Positions 22,301 to 29,094 of a stretch of 64,000 bases of DNA are shown in pieces (position 1 is the first letter of the stretch; each line of letters starts with the position of its first letter). The notes beneath the pieces were generated by a model. It did no database searches, was not told where the DNA came from, and worked only from the letters and a program-made list of their open reading frames with translations. Location: NCBI GenBank assembly GCA_004431415.1, contig QPMI01000634.1:1-64000 (forward strand), read 5' to 3'. Source of the DNA: Cyanophora paradoxa CCMP329. Its lineage: Eukaryota > Plantae > Glaucophyta. The position numbers were made by a program, and so were the translations under genes.

Positions 22301-24329
22301 GGCGTCTGTTAATATGTACGCGGCCGCGTTCCTTCCGTGCCCCCCGTCGGCCCTCCAAGCCATTAAGGACGAATACTGGGCAGCAATATGGCCCTCGTCC
22401 GCAGATGCACCCGCCCGGAAGCGCAGCGCGCGCGGCCGGATATCACGAGCGAAAGCTGTCCTCCCACCGTCCAACGGCGGCCTCGGAGCACTCGACCTTG
22501 AGAGCCGCCTCCTGGCGCAAGCAGGCACGTACATTCGAGCGCTCTGTGACCCCTCCTTCGCGGTTTGGAAGCTTTTCGCCGCAGAAGAGATGCAGGAACT
22601 AGTGCCCAAGAAATACGCGGCGGCCGCGCAGGCCCTCGGCCTCAACGCGCTGGGCGCCGACCTCCGCTTCCGCCCGTATGCAGCCCTCCTCCCTGCTCAG
22701 GGGCCCCTCGCACCAGCGGTGCGCATCCTCACGCTCCTACGACCCCCGGAATCGGGCCCGACCCCCCTCCGGTGCCCGCCGCACCGCGCAATCGCGTCCC
22801 TGCCGCTCACGCGGGATCGCCTCAGGGCGGAGCCGCTCTGGCTCAACCCGGTGCTCGCCCCGCCTGGCCAAACCTGGGGCATAGGCAAAATTGATGAAGC
22901 CCTCGCCGCCCGGCTCACTGCCGCCCACCAGATCACCGGCCCCGCGCCCCAAGACCTCTCCCAGGCCGCGTACACGCGCCTGAATGAAATCCGCGCCCAG
23001 GTCCGCCTTCGCGCAGCCCAGCTCGGCCTCGCCCCTCTCGACACGCCCCCCCAAGCTATCCTCCCCGGGGCCGACCCTCGGATATGGCTGATCGCAGCCC
23101 CAGCAGAAGCTGGCGCTGGCCCCAGAAGGCCGCGCTCAGGCCCGATCATCTTCGCGACCCCAGGCACCCCGCCGCTGGGCTGCACGACCAGCACAATGCC
23201 CGACGGCACCATAGTAGGCCCGCCCGGCCCCCCCGCGCCCCTCCCAGCCGCCCCCGCGCTCCTCCCCCGCGCCCTGATCATCGCCGTCCCACCGGGGTCG
23301 GCGAAACAAAAAGCCCGGTGGCCAGACGGCCGCGCCGTGACCGCGGGCCGCCTCGACCGCGCCCCCTGGATCCACACCGGGCTCCTCTACCGGACCCCGA
23401 CCGGCCCCCGCCCCTGGCTCCACTACCGCATCTCGGCGGGCTACCGCGCCCTCCGGGCCCAGCCCCCCCGCCCGGCCCCCGGCCCTCTCGCCCGCTTCGG
23501 CCCCCCGCCCCCCGGCAAATGCTGGACCCAGGTGTGGGGCGCGGGCACGCAACATGCCCACCTGTCCCCGTGGAACCGCGAGACCTGGCTCTGGGCCACC
23601 CACGCTTGCCTCCCCGCCGGCCAATTCCTTTTCCATATTGGGGCTCGCCCGACCCCGTTCTGCTGCGCCTGCCCCGGCTCCGATGTACCCCCCGATACCT
23701 CGGACCATGCAGTCTTCTACTGCGAGCCCGCGCGCGCGGCCTGGGAGGAACTGCTCGATAGGTGGAACGATTTCTACGGCACCTCTATCCCCCTCGAATG
23801 CGCGCACGCCCTCACCGGATTCCTAGCCGTCCCAGAAGAGCTTAAAAAGCGCCGCACCGGCTCCGCACGCCAGAGACGCGAATTCCGCATGCCTCGTAGC
23901 CTGCTAGCGGCCCTGGCGGGCCTCATGATCAGCGCTGCATGGTCAGCCCACGTCCGCGCCATCCAGGACAACGCCCCCGACAGCACCGACAACACGCCCC
24001 GCCGCCCTACCAAGAAATCGATCTGGCAAGCATTTGAGCGCGCAGTCTGGGCCCGCACCCTCCTAGAGCAGAGCAAGATCGAGCTCGCCACCCGGGGCCT
24101 CCCCCAGGACGCGACGCAGCCAACTTTAGACCCGGACACAGTGGCCTGGAACTGGGAGCCGGCCGACCCCGACGCGCCCCCGGACGCCCCGGCACCCCCA
24201 CTCCCCCAGGCGCTCTGGACGGCAGACAGCTTCATTGCCACAGCCCACCGCTCAGCACACGAAACAACCCTCACCCGCGGGCCCCTCCTCGACCCGCCGC
24301 CGGACTCAGACCCCGACAGCGACGACTGA
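19320..24329 (+). CDS. ORF2-type protein: APE endonuclease, reverse transcriptase and C-terminal zinc finger
   Basis: APE: FLNVESL, LYAPN, GGDLNA, RLDYVL, PDHDAV. RT: APGEDG, NWRPITLL, QTGF, DFEKAYDRV, LQGDP, YADD, LNLGKT, LGIP. Zn finger: CCAC...DHAVFYC. 1669 aa, uninterrupted. Confidence 0.95.
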   Translation: MPATSAETAATPSDAPPDAPTPRPLLTVAFLNVESLAGIPRRIWLTGWLKRTKVDVLGIVDHRLNPKQIAALTQRIESSWRVLIPPAAELKPNVWSRGTGFLVRKAIPALPGATATLVPLPPTPGLRPHDASLLRLSSDTNAYSIICLYAPNDAASQKRLAAGVTQAIESLQLPPNDALILGGDLNAYALPHLESRRRAGAPPPFGHWSDLMADLDLFDEHRRRRPRDRIYTRWHRKTNRFDQNAARLDYVLLSADLCVAAERVGILRTAGAAPRPDHDAVYARLHTDAVIAPRAARFRLHDRILHFPPFQRSVRACTAEALTRQPALCTVEWQRWLDELFAEYREIARRTRPQADSEVRDAREVIAGLWRDAEQALQDAEVDTTEEDYAVADMGYLTIQEAALDAADAALSSRKHLERSLAHAHTVPPELARHIKYSSADNRMRSLQPYPPREGTPAATTEEDMAAHACAYYTELLAAQRPLPPDLPAATPPSAPAAPARRQEPRATEHSNARPGTTTGSEPEGARPYQGTARPNPQTTGPEPEGARPSLEPGASGPVDVTPEATAAFPAVVEKLRAAHLLTPADPLTCEEAELLSRCLDTAPPPLHPPMCAPYTVGEIEERLKEMNKSTAPGEDGLSVKFYLTFWNILGPIVTESYNCARALGTLSERQRTGLIQLLYKKGDRDKIQNWRPITLLQIDRRLFGAVLAKRIAPACQHTISSVQTGFMPDRTGADNVWQMQAVIRHADRTDQHVVILNTDFEKAYDRVEHLYALRVLAVQGFPPEFLADVRAITKGARSKVMINGQIFPTIIPVTRSALQGDPFACMFFNTQQEPTTRDILADPEITGVPAPRDPGIESKLVQYADDAAHSLKINPRSPDPGLPVKKTIAKYQKAGKYNGSSLNLGKTEGMLAGAAAPTKRPGHPITLPAWTQAIPIRWVKSTSTLGIPLGPRGEFDARPYWAKRVDGMRSRRARWNLRAMRVHQRVNVATAIVASVNMYAAAFLPCPPSALQAIKDEYWAAIWPSSADAPARKRSARGRISRAKAVLPPSNGGLGALDLESRLLAQAGTYIRALCDPSFAVWKLFAAEEMQELVPKKYAAAAQALGLNALGADLRFRPYAALLPAQGPLAPAVRILTLLRPPESGPTPLRCPPHRAIASLPLTRDRLRAEPLWLNPVLAPPGQTWGIGKIDEALAARLTAAHQITGPAPQDLSQAAYTRLNEIRAQVRLRAAQLGLAPLDTPPQAILPGADPRIWLIAAPAEAGAGPRRPRSGPIIFATPGTPPLGCTTSTMPDGTIVGPPGPPAPLPAAPALLPRALIIAVPPGSAKQKARWPDGRAVTAGRLDRAPWIHTGLLYRTPTGPRPWLHYRISAGYRALRAQPPRPAPGPLARFGPPPPGKCWTQVWGAGTQHAHLSPWNRETWLWATHACLPAGQFLFHIGARPTPFCCACPGSDVPPDTSDHAVFYCEPARAAWEELLDRWNDFYGTSIPLECAHALTGFLAVPEELKKRRTGSARQRREFRMPRSLLAALAGLMISAAWSAHVRAIQDNAPDSTDNTPRRPTKKSIWQAFERAVWARTLLEQSKIELATRGLPQDATQPTLDPDTVAWNWEPADPDAPPDAPAPPLPQALWTADSFIATAHRSAHETTLTRGPLLDPPPDSDPDSDD

Positions 24330-24350
24330 GGCCGCGGCGCCCGGACGCCG

Positions 24351-25145
24351 TCACTCCCAGGGGCACTTCAGCCCCGCCGGCCGCTCATGCGCGATCGCCT
24401 CCAGCCCGTTCGCGGCCGTCCCATCACCTTCCTGCGGACGGGGCAGAACAATGAGAGAAACAACGGGACCAGCTGCAGAGCCCCGCTGCGCACCAGGAAG
24501 TCCATCGCTTGATCGACGGTGAGGAACCGCCGAGAGTCCCGACCCCGGACCCCCGGCACCCGCCACACCTGGGCCAGAGCGCACTCCCGCCCCGGATAGG
24601 TCTCCGTCTGATCCCTGAGCGTAGCGCGAGAAGACGGCCCCCAGCGTGACCGGCGACACCGCGTCATAAGCGCTGACGAAATCCGCAGCACACAGCGCGC
24701 GAGGCGCAGCTGCGCACCAGATCGAGTAAATCCCGGGCCGAATCCCATGGCGCACTGCATAAAACGCCAGCGTACTCTTCTTCGCGACCTGCGAGCACCC
24801 AGGGTAGGGCAGCTCGTAGAAGTACGCCCGTACTACGCCATCACGAAACATCGCGGCCGCGGCACGCAGATGCCCGCGGAGCGTCCTCAACATCGGGAAA
24901 GCCGCAGGCACGACCTCGCCAGGGCTCGAGCCGGCGCTCCCAACTACGACAGCGTCGTCCGCAAAACCGCTTAGAACCTCGCCATCGCTCAACTCGGCTG
25001 CAGCCGGGGTCGCAGAAACGCGGTCTTCGCCAACCGCAGCCCGCTTCGCCGAAGGCTCACCCGCGGACGACTCACTCCCGCTACGCTCCCGCTTGCAATC
25101 CGCCTCGCAGCCGGGGCCCGGCGCTCCCTCGGGCATATCCGCCAT
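24351..25145 (-). CDS. Spliced antisense gene encoding an RNase H1 N-terminal hybrid-binding / caulimovirus viroplasmin-like domain
   Basis: Removing GT-AG introns 24717-24615 and 24493-24432 gives FYAVRHGIRPGIYSIW-DQTETYPGRECALAQVWRVPGVRGRDSRRFLTVDQAMDFL-EGDG...CPWE*. Confidence 0.75.
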   Translation of the reverse strand: MADMPEGAPGPGCEADCKRERSGSESSAGEPSAKRAAVGEDRVSATPAAAELSDGEVLSGFADDAVVVGSAGSSPGEVVPAAFPMLRTLRGHLRAAAAMFRDGVVRAYFYELPYPGCSQVAKKSTLAFYAVRHGIRPGIYSIWCAAAPRALCAADFVSAYDAVSPVTLGAVFSRYAQGSDGDLSGAGVRSGPGVAGAGGPGSGLSAVPHRRSSDGLPGAQRGSAAGPVVSLIVLPRPQEGDGTAANGLEAIAHERPAGLKCPWE

Positions 25146-25284
25146 CGCTCCAATGCAAACTAGACCCCACCCCCCCCCTCGGGGGGTACAAGCCCCTCAA
25201 TCATGGCCTAGTCCCAGATCCCCCCCTAGATCCCCATACCGGGGACCCCGGCGCTCATTCCCGCCAAGGCACCCCGTTGCGACG

Positions 25285-27627
25285 ATGGCGTTCGTCGCCC
25301 CCGCCCTTCCCGCTGCGCCTACGGGCCTCATCAAGCCCTTCCTCGTCAACGCCGCAAGGCCGGTCTCGCCCAAGGCTGTCGTCGCCGCCGCCGCCGCGGC
25401 CCGCACGTCGACGTCGTCTCCACCCGCGTCGCCGAAGCCCGCGCGCCAATCCTCCTCTAAGTCGAACGAGAGACTGAAGGAGAAGCAAGCCGCGCAAGCG
25501 CCGCCGCCGCCGGCGCCGGCCGAGGCCGGCCCGTCCAAGGGAACTAAGGTGAATCCCGTGCTGGCCGCGCCGAGCCCGGCGCTCACGTCCCCCAAACAGG
25601 GCCGTGGGCGTCCGAAAAACTCCAGCCAGCCCAAGCGCGCCTCGCCGCGGACGCAGAAGAAGGCGACGGCCCCAACGGCGCCGGCTCATGACGAGGACCA
25701 GGCGAGGCCCATCCCTCATACCCGAGCATCGCGCGCACTAAACAGAGATTATACGCAGCCCGATGAGCGGCAGCCGCTCCTCCAGGAGGCGCTGCCCGTG
25801 CCTAAGCCGCTGCCGACCAAGGCCCCGCCGGCGCCCCGCAACACCAAGCGCGGCAAGATGCTCACAGACCGGTCGAAGCGCACTCTCGTGCTGTCAAAGC
25901 TCAAGGCCGACGCCGCCGTCCTTTACGACAAGGAGCTAGTGCGCGCACCCGCCCCGAAGGCCGCGCCTCTAAAACCTGATCCCCGGCCCGGAACCGCGCT
26001 CGCAGTACAATAAGCTGATGAAGTTCGGCGACGGCGTCGATTTCACCAAGTTCCCGGACCTCGTCGAGGCGGATGGCACGCTGCGGCAGGACTACCTCGA
26101 GATCATCGCGAACAAGGCCCTCGAGGCGATCGGCTGGCTCGAGCGCGCCAGCCCCGTCATGACGGAGGTCTACCTGATCGGCCGCCACAAGAAGGTGGCC
26201 CTCCTCCACCTCACCGACATCGAGGTCTCGATGGAAATGAACCGCGAGCTCCGCACCCGCTTCCCCGACGCGCGCGGCTGCCTCGCCGAGATCGAGCTCG
26301 CCCTCGGCCACGCGCACCGCACGCTCAAGGTACGCCGTCGCGCGCGCCGAGTGCGCGCACGTGCCGACGCTGGGCCCCGGCCCGCAGATCCGCTTCTGCC
26401 AGGACCTCTCCGTCGCGAGCCGCCACGCGGTCTACGCCGGCCTCACCGACGAGCAGCGCGAGCTGGGCTGGTCCTACCGCATCTTCTGCGGCATCCCGGG
26501 CGTCTACACCGACGAAGCCTTCGACGAGATGGCCCGGGTCCGCATGCCGAGCCTCCGCTAGCCCAGATAAAGAAAGATAAAACCGAGCCTAGCTATGGCC
26601 CAACCGCCGCGCGACCCCGCCTAAGCCCCGGCCCGTCTGCACAGTCGGTCTGGCTCGAGCCCGCCGTCGTCGACGGCAAGATCAAGACCGTGAACCTCAC
26701 GGCCGACAAGCCCCGCCGCTTCAAGCGCGACGGTGACAACATCGCCGTCCTGGGCAAGGAGATGGAGCCCGTGCCGGACTCCGACGACTCCGAGGGCGAG
26801 GAGCAGGAAGTCCGCGCCCCCACTATACCCCGCCCGACGGCCCGGTACCCCCTCCGCTCACACACGCGAGGCAGACGCTCTACCCCGACTCGGTGGCCCT
26901 CGAGGCCACCAAGAACAGCAAGAAGATCTCCCGGGAGCACCGCATCAACTACCCCGACGGGGTGGGCGGCCGCGCGTCCTACCGCCCCGGCCACTCCACG
27001 GGCGCACGCCGGCTCAACCGCCTCAGCGCCCTCAACGAGGACAAGACCCCCGAGGAGGCCGCCCAGATCGCGGCGGACCTCGCCGCCCAGTCCCGCAAGC
27101 GCGCGATTGAGCGCTTCGGCCCCGACGCCGTCAAGAAGCGCAAGGGCGGCGCCGCCGCCCCCGCCCCCGCCGCCGGGGCCGCCGCCGCCGCCCCTCCGCC
27201 GACGCCTCCGCCGCCGCCGCGGCCGCCGCCGCCGCCGCTGCCGTCGCCGCCGCCGCCGCCGCCGCCGCCGCCCCGGCGCAGGCCGCCGCCCCCGCGCCCG
27301 CCCCGGGCCCGGCTCCCGCCCCCGGCCCCGGGCCGGCCACCATCTCGCTCACCAACTACCAGGCGGCCCAGCGTGTGCTTGCCGAGCTCACCTCGGCCCT
27401 CGGGGGCCCCGCCGCCATCGAGGCCCTCCTGGCCGGCCGCCGGGCGGCCGCCGCCGACAACGCGGCAGCGTAGACCTCCCCCCTCTTTTCGATCCCAACG
27501 GCCTCGGCCCTTTCGCCCTTTCGGCCTCAGTCTCCTTTTTCACTTTTCTCTCTTTACAATTCGCGGTAGCACGACTGCCAAAGAAGGGGGCCTCATGACG
27601 AGCCCACCGCCCCCCTCTCTGAGTTAG
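25285..27627 (+). CDS. Spliced gene, ORF1p/gag-like candidate with two RRM-like segments (3' end uncertain, 27473-27627)
   Basis: Phase-0 GT-AG introns at 25939-26005, 26330-26387, 26538-26644 and 26810-26874 join the frames: RTLVLSKL...DKEL|YNKLMKFG...KVALLHL...TLK|IRFCQD...YRIFCGIPGVYTDEAFDEMAR|SVWLEP... Confidence 0.7.
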
Positions 27628-28388
27628 ATAGCTCCATGAAGCAATGTCACCTCCCTACCCCGCCCCCGCGCAAAGCCCTGCCCACCTGCGGGCCCGCCCC
27701 CTCCTAAAGCTTTTCCCCCGGCCCAGAAGCTAGTGACAGACTAGCCCCACGGCCGGTACCCCCGCCACGCCCCTCTGTCCCCCGAACACACTAGGGCGCC
27801 CACCCCGCTCGCAACCGACCGCCCCCGCAGCCCCCCCCGATAATGCCTCTCACCAGGACCACATACTCCCCGCGCCCCACACGCCATAAAAAGAAGGGGG
27901 CGCGCCCGCTACCCTAGCCCGCGCCGCCCCCACCCCCCCCTCCCCACCCCTCTTCCCCGCCCGATAAGATTGGCCTCCTCGGCGCCGACGACCCCCCGCA
28001 CCTACACTCAAGAACACGACAAACGACCCCCTACCACGCCTCCACCCACAAGAGAAACGCTCAGCTGTAGCGTCGAGGCGCCTATCCCTGTGTTCCGGCC
28101 TCAGGTTATGCTCTGACCCAGAGTTCGGCCTATTCCGAACCGGTAGTGCGTACGATGATGTTACTGAACAAATACAATCGCCACCGCCCTTGATATGGGC
28201 TTTGTGAAAAAAAAAGTATGTCAGGCATTGTCAGGCACCTTTTTAGAAAACTTTTCTATAATTCAAATTTCATTGTTGATCCAAACAATGACTTTGCCAA
28301 AATAAAATACTTTGTCAAAATCGATGGATTTAATGCCTGACAAATAAATGCTGCCTGAAAGATTTTAAATCACATTCCTAAGATCACA

Positions 28389-28419
28389 TTTGAATCAACT
28401 ACACCAACTAACACTGAGA
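28389..28419 (+). repeat. 31-bp direct repeat, copy 2
   Basis: Identical to 19009-19039. Confidence 0.85.
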
Positions 28420-28456
28420 TTTTAACAATATATGAGGTCCTTACTGAATATGGTAT

Positions 28457-28558
28457 GTGTGACAGGTGTGACAGGTCTATCCCGTGGATTTTAAAAATCA
28501 ATTTCTCACTAGGACTTTCCTTGGGATGGACCTGTCACACCTGTCACACCTGTCACAC
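28457..28558. repeat. Iteron-like module 3: (TGTGACAGG)x2, spacer, (CCTGTCACA)x3
   Basis: GTGTGACAGGTGTGACAGGTCTATCCC ... GGGATGGACCTGTCACACCTGTCACACCTGTCACAC. Confidence 0.85.
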
Positions 28559-28811
28559 CCAATTATTCATCAAATTCCTAAGGGTCCCCCCTTAGACTCA
28601 TTAAAACATGATAATAACATATCAATTTCATGTATAATTACGATTGAATTCAATAAGAGATCGATTTGTTAATATAAACAAATGAATCTCATATAGATAT
28701 TAATCGAGTTAAGCGATATGTTTCCGATTAAATGAATTAAATTTAATTAAATTTAATCGAGAAAGTACATGAATATAATATCGATTAAATCAATTAACTT
28801 TTAGACCAATC

Positions 28812-29094
28812 ACACATAGTAAAATGCGGAGTTTTAACCAGAGGCAAGATCTAATTGAGATTCAGTTATATTATTCGGAAATATATAGAGATTATCGATA
28901 GACTCAGTAAGACTAATCGGAAAATAAGAGAAATTTACGATAAAATATCGAAAAGAATACAAAATAATCGAAATAATTGAATATTCGATAAGATACACAC
29001 AGATTATCGATTGATTGAAATAGAATATACGAGATATATCAACAAAATCAATTAAGATAAGCCGAGGGTTAAAACTCCGCATTTTACTATGTGT
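28812..29094. repeat. 28-bp perfect inverted repeat at the virus/host junction
   Basis: ACACATAGTAAAATGCGGAGTTTTAACC (28812-28839) and its reverse complement (29067-29094) around a very AT-rich core. Confidence 0.88.

Larger units (their letters stand above)
19130..28215 (+). mobile_element. L1/Tx1-like non-LTR retrotransposon, 9.1 kb, three genes
   Basis: TSD GTATGTCAGGCATTG at 19115-19129 and 28216-28230; A9 tail at 28207-28215; sharp GC-rich island inside the AT-rich virus; intact APE-RT ORF. Confidence 0.93.
19071..28360. repeat. Iteron-like module 2 (TGTCAGGCA type), split by the LINE into 19071-19129 and 28231-28360
   Basis: TGTCAGGCA at 19077, 19098, 19118 and 28229; inverted copies at 28334 and 28352. 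The spacer is clearly homologous to 1645-1740. Confidence 0.85.
1..29094. mobile_element. Endogenous Polinton-like virus (left end outside window), interrupted by a LINE at 19130-28215
   Basis: AT-rich, compact, intron-less gene block with TVpol, A32 ATPase, MCP, two pentons, lipase and fibres. Composition switches abruptly to GC-rich, intron-containing host DNA at ~29095. Confidence 0.88.

Noticed and set aside
19214-24274. Antisense and alternative-frame ORFs over the RT gene
   Set aside because: Shadow ORFs of a GC-rich coding sequence with no recognisable motifs.
13732-24329. Diversity-generating retroelement (RT beside variable fibre genes)
   Set aside because: The RT is an APE-bearing LINE protein with its own TSD and A-tail, and no template/variable repeat pair differing at adenines was seen.
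25285-25400. MAFV... start of the LINE sense gene as a plastid transit peptide
   Set aside because: The resemblance is limited to the first residues and an Ala/Ser/Pro-rich tract, which is equally explained by a disordered ORF1-like N-terminus.
28153-28170. Box C/D snoRNA-like ATGATG...CTGA in the LINE tail
   Set aside because: Imperfect box C directly adjacent to the CTGA, with no guide region or terminal stem.
19009-28419. CRISPR-like array from the 31-bp repeat or the TGTCAGGCA repeats
   Set aside because: Only two 31-bp copies; the 9-mers are too short, irregularly spaced and partly inverted; no cas genes.
1-29094. Bacterial prophage or contaminant (phage-like fibres, speD, patatin)
   Set aside because: A32 ATPase, PLV-type pentons and TVpol, a nested intron-containing eukaryotic LINE and contiguity with host genes indicate an endogenous eukaryotic virus.
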